Notes under the pieces: generated by a model
Databases searched by the model: none
What the model was told of the DNA's origin: nothing
Seen by the model: only the letters and a program-made list of their open reading frames with translations
NCBI RefSeq assembly: GCF_000150275.1
Contig: NW_002060960.1
Coordinates: 758,469 to 822,468 of the forward strand
Length of the DNA: 64,000 nucleotides
Origin: Trichoplax adhaerens
Taxonomy: Eukaryota > Animalia > Placozoa
Direction: 5' to 3'
Translations under genes and position numbers: made by a program
In this document: positions 1-12,206 of the stretch, piece by piece
How the letters are laid out: each line of letters opens with the position of its first letter
How positions within the stretch are numbered: the stretch's first letter is position 1

Positions 1-87
1 TGTCCTTAGATATTCAGCATCTGAAATCTCTGTATTTGTTATCATATCATCATTACTCTGGACAATGACAGTATTGGTAGTATGAAC
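1..87 (-). CDS. Possible exon of a gene running off the left edge (HTTNTVIVQSNDDMITNTEISDAEYLRT...), product unknown
   Basis: Pyrimidine-rich acceptor (ttttcttcaag) on the - strand followed by an open frame to the window edge. AEYLRT loosely resembles the first TPR helix (VESLRLAG) of the neighbouring TPR gene. Confidence 0.25.
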
Positions 88-3000
88 TTGAAGAAAAATA
101 TAAAATGAAGACAATAATTGTTCATTATAATTTCTTTTTTTTCTGAGCATGGGAATGATTACTTTTGTAATATAGCTATTGACACATATTAAAAATGCGA
201 ATTATTCTTTAATTTTTAATTATCGGAAATGCATTATGAAAGATTGTCTTTGAAAAGAATCAAAACAATATCCGAATATTTATATTTTTATCTCTGTGAT
301 TTATTTAAGACGATCGACATTTGTATAAAAAAAGAAAAGGAGAAATATACAGCTATAATAAACAACTTGAAGAACAAAAACGATCTACTTCATAAGATTG
401 ATAATTTATTTACCTAAGCGCTTGATTGCTCATTGCTCGACTATGGATTTAAAATCACTAATAGAATCTATGTTCGTTATACTTGGCATTCTGTATGGAC
501 GTACACTTTTTACTTTATAATTACAGGAATCCTTATTGTCAGGAATTGATTTTATTTCCTACATACTTCATGTGACCTTCTATTCATTAAATATTATATA
601 ATTTAACGAATAATAAATTAAACTAATTTTCAGGATAGATTTGCTCCGGCTATACTAAACAACACCGCCAGTATAGACAATTTTATACTTTATAGTATAA
701 TGGACTGGAATCTATTTGTAATTTATACTTAATTAATTGATTGACGGATTGATAAATTGAAATTGGTTTAAGTTTATTGAAGTAAATCAATGCCTTTGTT
801 AAATCTTGCCTTTGATTTCATTTATCATACAATTCTAGTAGTTTACCAGATAATAAAAGTATTTTAAGATATTTCATATTAAACAATTCATATATTTACT
901 TTCTTTGTTAACTATATTGGATGTCGAAATTGCAACATCTGACTAGCACACTCTTCAACGATAAATTTGGCAATTCATGTAATAGTGTCTTGTACGAGTA
1001 AACTGCTTCAGACTCTTGAGGAACAAATTTTTATTTGCTGAGCAAAAGGAAAAAGAAACCAAAAATATTAGAATAGAAGAGAATAAAGGTTCAGCTCGTA
1101 AAATTTGGAAGGAGAAATCCGAGGACGCAAAATGTACTTAGAATTAGTGCATTGCTAATAACTCAACTATAAACAGGATTGTGCCGAACGCGAGCACTTT
1201 ACTTTCATTTCTAACGAAATACCCTCTCCCTATAAAATCTGAAAAATAACCGTACAAGTACCGTATAGTATGGATTTTACTGAAGTAAATTAGTGTCCTA
1301 TATAATTATAAAATGTCCTATATTCAATTTCATGATATAGCGAATTTAATTTCTATACATAGATACTAGAATCAAGAAGATACACACTAGTTACGGTATA
1401 ATTACAAGCGCCAAAGCAGAAAGACCAACAGGCAGGTTTACTTGCAGCTATAGCCACTCTGTTAGCAGGCTAATAATATGTAGCCTTCGAATGCCTCATT
1501 ACGTATTAAATGTCACTTTTCTGATTCATTATTCTACAGAATATAAAGCAATTAAAATAATAATTGGCTTATGTCATCATGCAATGATTAGAATTGAATA
1601 AAACGCTGTATGCAGTTTCCATTATTACATGAGCAATTTGACTTCCTGATAAAGAAGCCCTTGTTCTACGTACTGATTTATGAATACTGCGAGGAGCAAT
1701 AGTCTGTAGTGTTTAATTCGTGGGCAACAAATAAAATGATTCCACGCTAATGCTATGTAATATGTAATTATAACCATAGGCTATATTATATTCGTCCACT
1801 GTGGTACATTCGCAGTTATCATAGAAAGGACATTTCTACCGTACGCAGAATAAGATTGTGTTATTATGCTATAATTTAATTAGCTGTTACTTTAGCTAAA
1901 GAAATCGTGATATTTACATAACTGATATAGACTGTCAATACCGAGTCAATTGCTAGCAAATCGATCGATGATAAAGCCTAAATATATTCAATCGATTATA
2001 TTTTAAATTTTTAATTATTATAGGTTTCAATTCTTTTTGAATAGCCGTTTTCGTTTGCTAACTTATAACCTATTCATTTAATACTTTCATATATCATATG
2101 TACGGACAATCCTTTTTTCAAATACTGCATTGATGATTGATGGTGTAAAAATATGAAGTCTACTATCTGTGATTCCACCTAATTAGTGCGGTATAAGTAT
2201 ATATCTAATTGCGCAATGTAATTCACGATTACATTATCCGACACTGTAATTATGCATATTACTATATATCCAAATTGATCGATTAATAATTATATAATTG
2301 TAATGTGAGTCTTTTAATTAGATAAAGAGAGTAAGAGTAGAAATAGTTTTCAATCGGAAGAGTGAATAGAAGAAGAAGTAGAGAAGTTTCCAATCAAAAT
2401 GGAAGTAGGAATTAAAATAGACAGCGTCTCTCTCTATTGTTCTTCATTTTGGCATGAATTTCGCTTAAATTTGTCTCCTATGCTAGTCTAAAATAGTATG
2501 AACCTTTAATACAGTTGCTAGTATTAGTTTAAATGGCGATGCATAACAGATCATATGTTAATTAGGCCTTGCTTAGCTATACAATAATTGTACTATACGC
2601 CGTTTGTATAAAATAGACGTTTGTAGCTCAACCTCTAAATCAGCTTAGGATTAATGTTATAGAATTCTATAAAAATAATTCAAGTAATACCATAAACATA
2701 GGTTACTAGTACATAAGGATAATTCAATTCCTTAATCTATTACTTTACTATTGGAGAGGTTAGAAATGATGAAGTTTATCGTAACTGTGGCATCGATTAT
2801 AACTCACTTTCGGTATATTTGAAAAATTATCCGATGAAATCTAGGTACTTTAATATATTATTTTTTTTCAAGTAATGCAATATTAATATAGCATAGGTAT
2901 TTATTTTGCGTAATGGTACCGATTTCCTTATCTTTATACTACTACTTCTGCTTATTTCTTAGAAATCTCAATAGTGCAGTATATATTGGCATCAAAATAA

Positions 3001-5305
3001 TCTTCATCATCATATACTACTACCATACTAGGTATGGTCTGCTTGTCACGTAGTGCAAAATACCCGTAGTATTTATGCCTAGGGTAAATAATACTTTCTA
3101 CAAAGAGACATTTGGCCAAGAGATTCTAATGTACGCAATCTAGCTAGAACTCTATGTTGAGGAATTTTACGGGTTTCCATGGGTTCTACCAAAATCTATT
3201 ACTATCATTACATCTAATGCTACATTAAAATGTAACGCATGATACTATTCTGTACACTATAACATCGCGATTCCTTATTATATAGCTCAGAGACCTATTC
3301 ATGAAAGACTTCAATGCAACTTTTTAAAGACTATAAAATTCCCCTATTTGCATTCCAAAGCTGTGTTTTAAATGGAGATATTTAGCGATACTGATCATTA
3401 AAAAGTAAATAAAATGAAGGTATTACTTATGCTGTATATACAAAGAGTCACTTACTTGCTACTGATAAATCAATAAGCAAATTAAAAGCGAAATAGTTTC
3501 TCTGCGTCCATAATTATTTAATAGTGATATGCTAGTATACCTATGTAACGAATAGCCTTACTTAATGCTAGTTATGATTGCTATAAGTTATCAGATTAAT
3601 TCTATACTGAACTTCGTTGATAAACTGCGAAACGTTGTAATGATTTCGTTTTGTTATTGATTAATTTCTAATGTTATATAAGTACTGTAGATTCGCTATC
3701 CCTCTCGAATGAATCGTAAATTCTAATATCTGTGACTTATTGTACTACTATTATTACTCAGTTTAAAATAACAATAAAGGTTGTTATTTGAAACATTATT
3801 AAGAATGAAAACTTCGTTACACCCTATTATACATACAGATTTAGTACTAGCATCTGACGGCAACTCTGATTCCACTGTGATCACATAATATCTCAAAGTG
3901 ATCGTAAAAGATCCGTAATAGTATTACGGTCCATCATTACCGTAAATAAAATATATTTATTCATATTTTTATCTAAAGTAGAGTTGTGATATGTTAAATC
4001 TTAATGGATTTCCATTAGCGACTCTGACGATTTAAATCATTTAATAAGAGCAGAATGTTTAATAGAGATTGTCACACTTGTTACTATGAGTTGTTAAGTA
4101 ACAAGTCCAGTTGATTTGTTAATTGGAGTAAGAGTAGTAAGCTTTCAATATTAATTAGCAAATATCTATTCTATACTAATTTTCATAAATGCATTGTATA
4201 CAAAATCAAATATATCGTAAATAGGAAGATGTTATGGCTATGACTGCATTTTAGTGAAATGATATCTTTAAGTAGCATTAATCTAAATTTTAAACGTTTC
4301 AATGTCATCGCAGAGCGAAGCATAGTAGCTTAGCCGATATAGATCATTTTATTTATCGGTATACAAAATAAAAATGCTATTAAAACAACTATTAAAATTA
4401 ACAGTATTAGCAATACAAGCGAGAGATATCAAATATAATGATAATCTCGATATGTAGTGATTGAAACTTTACATGGAAATATGTTTTTTAATAAACCCCA
4501 GAATAGATGCAGGTGTATGCGGTTATGATGTCATTAAATACAATCCAAATAGATCAATATGCGATAATTTCGAAACCAAAAATATGAATTAATATGATCA
4601 TCATATGAATCAAAGTCAGTATAAATTTATGTGTATAAAGTTTATTAACTAGTGAGATATATATGAAATTACTAGATGATAAGATACAATTTCAAATTTC
4701 TTTCAGTTTCGTTCTCAGCAAAGGATTTGCCTTCGTCACTATTTAACTTTAATCTTGATTTTGGGATATGACAGAGTGTAAAATTCTTTACTCTTTTCAT
4801 ATTGAGGGGTGTCGACATCTTTGAGTAGTACGACAGATTTTGATAGCTTTACACGCTTGTGTAATCTTTTAAACCTTGGGCGTTGCACAAGAAATCGGCT
4901 ATGATATTGACTGAGTACGTTTGTCTAAGATTGTAAAGACAAAATTTCATCAATGTAATGTCTTTTATTCGATAATTCAATCCATAATATGGGCTAATTT
5001 ATAATGTAATTACTATTTTCACTGAAATATGAATCTATTGAAGAGATGATCGCTATCCTTGCTTAATAATCCTAAATTTAGTTAGATACAAACTACATTG
5101 TTTAGCTTAATTTGTACATCAACCTACATCGCTTCTTCTTTATATCACTATTTTTCTCTTGCGTTTTTGGCGAATTGCTCGATAAGGATGGGATATTATC
5201 TTCATAGGTTAAAAATATGATATACTTCATGAGTAATATCGAGCAATCTAATCATGATTTTACTCTATAAATCACATTGAAAATAGTAATTGTTTCAATC
5301 AAGCT

Positions 5306-6850
5306 TTACTTACTTAATGATACTGACGGAAACAATTTTGGTTTGCGGCTTGATTTGCTATCGCTTCGAGGTGGCAATATATTAGCTTTATTGAAAATGC
5401 TAGAATGTCGACGATTACTTGTTTCGCCAGAGACGATTCCTAATTGATGACGGATTTTGGAAATGTTTTCACGGGTAACCAAAAGTGACGAATGACAGTC
5501 TCCTAAAATATCACGCTTAATTTCCGCGGCTTTCTCGCACATTTCCAATGCATCTTTCAACCTGCCTTGCATATAGTAAATAGATCCAATGCAATGATAT
5601 GAAATCGCTACTTCGAGAGCATGTTGGCCCAATAATTTTATTCTAATATCTAAAGCCGATTGATGAGATGATAAAGCAATGTCACAGTTATTTTGTTTCA
5701 AGTAAACATTTCCAATTTCGTGATAGCTGTCAGCAACTTGTAAATTTTTTTCACCTAATAGGTTTATACGCGTATTTAATGATTTATTAAACATCTCTAT
5801 TGCACTTTCATAATTTCGTAAAGAGTAATAAATTTTGCCAATTTCATGGCATGAATGAGCAACATCTAAGCTGTTCTTGCCCAATAAATCGATTCTGATC
5901 TTTAATGACTTCCTATGCATTAACAGTGCATCCTTATATTTACGCTGGCAATGAAGCACATTGCCAGTTTCAAAATAGGCTTGTGCTACTTCTAAATTAT
6001 CCTTGCCTTGGATTTGCTGGGCGAGATTAAGTGATTTCTGATGCATGGTTAAAGCGTTGTCAAAATTTTCTTGTTTTAAATAAACGTTTCCAATACAATG
6101 ATAGGAATCAGCAACAGGTAAATTGCTTGTGCCTAAAATTTCAACTTTAATATTCAATGATTTATGATACATGGCAAGTGCATTGTCATAGCGTTGCTGA
6201 GAGTAGAAAATATTGCCTATGTTATGATAGGATGCAGCAACGTATAAGTTGCTGTTACCTAGTACTTCTAACCGTATACTTAAAGCTTCTTGAAAAAGCG
6301 ATAAAGAAGTCTGAAAATCATCTTGTAAGTGATAAATTTCACCAATGTTTTCATAGCAATCAGCTACTTCTAAATTATTTTCTCCTAACATTTCCAGCTT
6401 CAGTTCTAATGATCTTTTGTAATCTTTCAATGCTTTAGTATACATGGCCGTCATTTTCTTCATTTTGCCTCGACAATCGTAACATTTTGCTAATCGCACT
6501 TTATCACTTAGTTTACGAGCTAATTTTTCAGCTTGATTACAAAATTCCGCCGCTTGTGCATGACTATGTTGTTCACAATATGAGATTGAAATATCGAGAT
6601 AGATATCACATTGTGCTTCGTCTGCTTCAATGGTAATCTGATAGGAACCAACTATGACATCAAGTGCTTCTGTATAAGTTGATCTTGCTTGCTCGTAATA
6701 GCCTTGTTGAAATTGGCGTCGACCAGCTAGGCGTAACGATTCCACTTTAGTAATAACTTTGCTACTATTAGCAACAGGATCGACGGTGGCTATCTTAGTT
6801 TGACTGTTAGAAAGAGATGGTTTAAGATATTGACTATACTCGCCTCCCAT
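5306..6850 (-). CDS. TPR-repeat protein with ~10 TPRs in a 42-aa period (kinesin-light-chain/nephrocystin-3-like TPR type)
   Basis: 514-aa ORF with a 42-aa periodic unit LGxNxLxVAxSYxxIGxVYxxQxxYDxALxMxxKSLxIR, seen as 7 regular repeats plus ~3 N-terminal ones. A donor A|gtaagt at 5314/5313 and a phase-matched 72-nt exon at 5128-5199 suggest the real C-terminus is spliced. Confidence 0.9.
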   Translation of the reverse strand: MGGEYSQYLKPSLSNSQTKIATVDPVANSSKVITKVESLRLAGRRQFQQGYYEQARSTYTEALDVIVGSYQITIEADEAQCDIYLDISISYCEQHSHAQAAEFCNQAEKLARKLSDKVRLAKCYDCRGKMKKMTAMYTKALKDYKRSLELKLEMLGENNLEVADCYENIGEIYHLQDDFQTSLSLFQEALSIRLEVLGNSNLYVAASYHNIGNIFYSQQRYDNALAMYHKSLNIKVEILGTSNLPVADSYHCIGNVYLKQENFDNALTMHQKSLNLAQQIQGKDNLEVAQAYFETGNVLHCQRKYKDALLMHRKSLKIRIDLLGKNSLDVAHSCHEIGKIYYSLRNYESAIEMFNKSLNTRINLLGEKNLQVADSYHEIGNVYLKQNNCDIALSSHQSALDIRIKLLGQHALEVAISYHCIGSIYYMQGRLKDALEMCEKAAEIKRDILGDCHSSLLVTRENISKIRHQLGIVSGETSNRRHSSIFNKANILPPRSDSKSSRKPKLFPSVSLSK

Positions 6851-7609
6851 AGTAATAGATTAAAGAGTAATAGTGATTTAATCAAGGATAAATTTAGTAA
6901 TGACTCAGCGATATACTCTCTCGTCAATTTCCTTGGAAAAGTGTCGTTCAATGTAAGTTACCGCTATAGCTATATAATATTGCAAGCGGCTTTATTACTA
7001 CTACTCATATTGATTAGACAAATAACGTTACTAAGAAAATTTGTTAGTTATCCTTCTGGAAAAGAGGTCACGGGTTATTTAGCCTATTTACTCTGTTGAT
7101 TGAGAAGCAAACTCTTTTTGTCATTACTCCTACTGAGACAGCAACAATAATTGGATGCCGCAGGTGTTACCGACGACCATTGTTCCACCGGGAATAGGAC
7201 ATAATATTAATGAAAAGGAACTATAGTTAGTTTATCGTCATTCAATAGAGTCTCTAACGTATCGAGAATGATTTATATGGCAAAATCGCTTATTTTGATA
7301 TTCAACAAGGTTATAGTGATAGACTAAGTTCGCAGTGATGGATAGGTTGAATTTTCGGCAACATATCGTTCTTTAATCATCACTTGGACCATGTTTGTTG
7401 TTGGTCTATTTCACGACAAAGTGATGATAGTATAATACATGACCTATAGGTCTATGAGAATTTTTATTTACTTTAAGAACACGATTTAAACAACGGTATG
7501 CTTAATATAAGTTACAATGTCATGTTGTGTACTTTTTATTTCAAGTAATGACTTTTAAAAAATTCTTATTTACTCAAAGTGCATAAAAAATAATCCAATA
7601 ATAACTGCA

Positions 7610-9180
7610 TCGTTACGGTTAGCTGGTAATAAGGCGCCAAAAAGCATCTAGATTGAATGCTATTTCTTGATTTATAACATTATCTTCAGGTGTTCATTTA
7701 ATAGTATACATTAAAATTAGACTAATTACATTGTTTGATCTAATTTTCGTACCAGAAATAAGAAGTAGATTAATTCATTGATCAAATGATATAGATTTTA
7801 TTATCTATTAAGTTAGGTTACAATGAGTCAGTTAGTTAGAAGATACATCTCAAAGCCTACTTCTACTCTTTACCATAGTCGAAAAGTGCAAAGTATCATT
7901 AGTTTTAGATTAATGGATAATGATTTTCACTGCAGTAAAAAATAAGAAGTACCATAGGACACGAAAGTGGTCTCATGACTGCGTTAAAATTTTAAAAGTT
8001 TGCATACCAAGTACTCATTATCGATCATTAAGCATCGCTATAGTTAGAACTCTATATTTTTGAGCTTAGAAGGAAGAGCTTGCTGTAGGTAAGACTGCAT
8101 AGTTAGGATAGTTTTTTCGGCAATGACAGCGAAATCAATTGATGTCAAAGCAGACATAACGCACCTTATCGTCCATTTTCATATAATTAATATATAAATA
8201 AGAACAACTTGCGATAAATCAACTTAAAGTTAATCGGAGAAACATTTGCCTTTTAAGAGCTACAGTATCGAATCCTTCCCAACTAATATTAGTCATCAAT
8301 CATTGACAGCCATTGGTATACTCTTGGCTTGGAATATAATATAAATAGTTCATACTAAAGCGGTCAATACGGACAACTGCTATGATCATATGAAAGCAAT
8401 GCTCTTACCTAGCGGTTGATAAATCTTCAGTTTTATTGTTCTTCAATGGTATGTCTTAATTATAATTTGTAGGTATGCCATTTCTGCTGTATCTCTGTAT
8501 TGTTTGGCATATTATGGAGGATAAATAATAGCTTTAGTAATGGATTCTCCTTTAAATTGTATTTATGAATAATTCATTATTTTATACCCTCAATTGTGTT
8601 TTAGGAATAACTTTTAGAATCTTAATTGCTCAATGGTGGACAACCATTAATGCAATCTTGTTATGACTTTTAATTCGGTCCTAACATCCTGCTACCTATT
8701 GAACTGTTCTATAAGATTTGATACATCTACTAATAGAAAAGTTGATGACGATTCCATGGAGCCAATTTGAAGCGATGACGTAATTTCTCTATCCTTAATT
8801 GATAATTATAATATACTGCATAATACACACGGAAGTGGGATTTTGTGTTTTGGTCAGGATGTCTGAATTGGGTGCATTTCCCCAAAAAGGGTGTATTGAT
8901 AGTTTACGACAATATGAATGAGAGAATACGACCTTACCACGCTTAATGACATGTTTACCATTAATATTGCTAGTCTGATGGAAATTAGGACTATTGAAGT
9001 ATGAAGAGTCACTGGTAATAGTAGAATTTAAAATGCTCCAGTTTACTTCTGTATTGTTAAAATCTGTCTCACTAAGTAATTATATATACGTAAATAAATA
9101 CGAGTTTAGATCGATGACTGAAGATAATACCTAGTTCAAACTACCACGAAACGGAATATCGTGCTTTGCATAAATGGTCA
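7610..9180 (-). pseudogene. Fragmentary or decayed multi-exon gene, possibly CUB-like
   Basis: A clean phase-1 exon at ~8938-9063 (cag|...|gtaag) encodes FNNTEVNWSILNSTITSDSSYFNSPNFHQTS, resembling the CUB N-terminal ITSPNYP motif. Further exon-like blocks lie near 8409-8455 and 8224-8282, but frames cannot be joined without stops. Confidence 0.25.
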
Positions 9181-11309
9181 TGTATCATGCTAATAACTGT
9201 GCTACATAAACCCTATAAGCAGACTAGGCACACTTAAAATCTACTGTACTGTAGGCGGTTTAGGAAATCCTTCAATTTAGTACACGGTAACGTAGTACTG
9301 TATATACATCATTAATTGCTCATGGGCCCTATGCCTACACCATCATCATCATGGTCCGTCCCTGTTAATAAAGATAATCTATTAGAGACAACTTGCCAAC
9401 ATGAGTTACTGGTACTTATCAAAATTCTGATGCATACAGAATTAATAATGATAACTATTTGCTCTATTCATCACAACAGCTAAAATTGATTTAAAAAACC
9501 CGTCGACTTATATTGCTCTCTCTATATTTTAATGCTATCTCGCATAATCGATATGTTTTGGTAAATTCTACAACATTGATCATAGTCCTTAACGAAAATG
9601 ATTTAAATCAATATTCTATACTGTTATCCACTCAAATTTTCAGCGGCGAACTAGTTCTATGAAGTTGAGGGTCAGGAATTGTGATCGAGAGTATCGCGAC
9701 AGTGAGTATTGCGGCATTTTGTTTTAAGATTGGCCTCTGTGTATTGTATACAGATACGTTCAGTTAAAATAACATTACTGGTATATCATGAGAAGGGGGA
9801 AAAAATACTCTGTCTACTAGTTGGTGCCGTACTTTCTCAAATTTACTTTATTTCCTTGAATTGCATGAGTAGTTGGCTAAAACTGAAGTCAAAAGATTAG
9901 AGTATGATATTTTATCTGTGGCATACTATGCATTGATCCATAATACGCGTATACGGTATACATGCTACGTTGAACACAACATTGTACAATAGCAATGCCA
10001 ATAAGGGTAATCAATGAGAATTCATTTAAAACACTTTTGGAGCAACTTAGTATCTGCGTTAATACTTGGATTCTATAACAAAGACTGCGCCAAAATAAAA
10101 AAATAAAAAATAAAGATGCATCTTTGTGCTTTAATCTTATTCGCTGTCTAAAAGAACATAGAAACGAAATAACTAATGCTGATAAAACAACCACTCTAAT
10201 TATTGGTTGATGGTGTCTTTGTTATGCAACACTGTCCTGAGCAAATATCCTTGTAGTGATATGAATCTACTTCATCATTTTTATTTTATTTACCGTCATT
10301 TTTAAATGTTCTATGCGATATTTATAGAATTAATCGACAGTATGCTTTATTAAGCGAATTGATTATCATCTTAACATCAGTGAGTCATCACTGATGTATC
10401 AAGAGAATCATTCAAAATCTATGTACTGTTGTACATACGAATACTTCACTGATTGTTCTTCTCGTGTATCTTCTATCTACTGTATGTCAAGAATGGCTAC
10501 AAAAATGAGTACTACGACTGCGTACGGGAAGTAACCGGGACTTTTAAGACGACTTGTCAAAGACTGTATTCGTCTTCAAAGTCCCTGGTACAGTCAAGTT
10601 GGAGAACAGATCAATTCTAGTGCTTTAGTAGCTGAATCTATTCAGTTGGATAGATGGAAAAGCGAATGCAGTCAGCTATGATAGTGCATTACTGCATTGT
10701 CAGGTGATGTTACTTTCTATAGCATGGAATCACTTCCGTCAGATTGCCAATTCTACGTCCCGGATGTTATTGCACGGATCACTATGACGTTCAATTGAAA
10801 ATAGTCCAATTATTGTAATAGAACTGAATGTTCTATCTTTCAAAGGCCATAAACTCAACTATTCTGAGAATCTTTACGGATAAAAGCCAATACTAATGAA
10901 TCCAAAATCAATCATGGGTATTTAAAATTGCAGAAAATTTCAAGTCCTCGCTGTATTGCGCCGCAAGAGTCGTGTTGATCAACAGCAATCATAGAGTATC
11001 GATTATAATTATAATTTATTCTCGATCGCTGAATATTGAATATGGGCAAACGATCTCGCTAGGCAGTAGGCATGCAAGATCGGCTAGCAGCAATCTAGCA
11101 AACTATTGAAGAGAAGCTAATCGATTGTAGGCATTTCTCTATCCTGTAACAATCGTTTACACTCCTTGATAACTATTACTAGACGGTATGCAATCCATTG
11201 GTCTATGTCAATGAGAAGAGTAAACGATGTTGCCGCCATCTTTGTTGTCGATGATTGCCCACTCATCAGTATCAGTTATACGAAGGCGGAGGCATTGCGT
11301 GCGTCGCGT

Positions 11310-12060
11310 TGTACTCTATGAAGTACAGTACAGTAAAACAACTGTCTATGTAGTGTACTGTACAGTACAGTGTACAGTATAATGTACAGTATGTACTCTA
11401 GTCTAGTACACTACTGTACTGTAGGGACGAGTTCGTTGTGACTAGGGACGATGACGAGTCGCTATTGGGTCCATTCACGGTCATGATACTGTACCGTACC
11501 GCGTCATACCGTACCGTTCTGTACCGTACCGTGCATCTCTCCGTGGCGAATAAACAAACACTCAATTCTTCGACAAGGGGCTTGGATTGTCTTGCACAAA
11601 CTGGTACGGAGAAGTCAACCTTGATACAATCGTTCTACGTCCTGCTACGTTGTTTATAAAGAGTGACGACCACATGAACGTCACCCATTACCTACAGTAC
11701 TGTACAGTGTACAGTACACCGTCCCGTACAGTGTATCGTCTACAGTACAATGGACTGTACACATGGCTTGATTTCTGTACTGTACAGTGTACAGTACACT
11801 GTACAGTACACTACATGCATTTTCCAAGTACATACGGATATTGTAGCGAGCGTACCATGGATTTGTAAGAGAAATGCGCATTCTAGTCTATGGTCGTATT
11901 GTACAATCGCGTCAAAACAATTTACAGTACTGTACACTGTACAGTGTACATTCTAAGGTACAGACGCACAGTACAGTACAGTTCACTCTACCCCAAGTCA
12001 CTCCGGTCACTAGGACTCACCTCCATATAGGGGTGTACTACACTCCACGGCCACAGTCAA
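11310..12060. promoter_or_regulatory. TACAG/CTGTA (TGTACA, AGTACT) palindromic array in a GC-richer island upstream of the CUB-receptor ATG
   Basis: Dozens of GTAC-centred units, including the perfect 20-bp palindrome TGTACACTGTACAGTGTACA at 11931-11950 and (TACCG)n at 11488-11532. The array ends ~150-220 bp before ATG 12207. Confidence 0.55.
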
Positions 12061-12206
12061 CATAACATCAGCACGTCAAGCGGCTAACGTGTATTCCTAG
12101 GCAAAGATTAGCGAAAAAATCCAAAGCAATCCCAACCAGCAAACTCATTGAATTTAGGCTAAATTGATTGAATTTTCACAAACGGCTAAGGCATTTCCTA
12201 GTCAAT

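Noticed and set aside
8409-8550. In-frame TGA in a protein-like frame (possible selenocysteine)
   Set aside because: The same frame also has TAA/TAG stops and no SECIS was identified; decay is the simpler explanation.
11310-12060. CRISPR-like or satellite interpretation of the palindromic repeats
   Set aside because: There is no constant-length repeat with unique spacers, no cas genes, and no fixed monomer period; the context is eukaryotic.
11438-12065. Six overlapping YCTVQ/TVLY-rich ORFs on both strands
   Set aside because: They arise from the stop-poor TACAG/CTGTA repeats and show no protein-like features.
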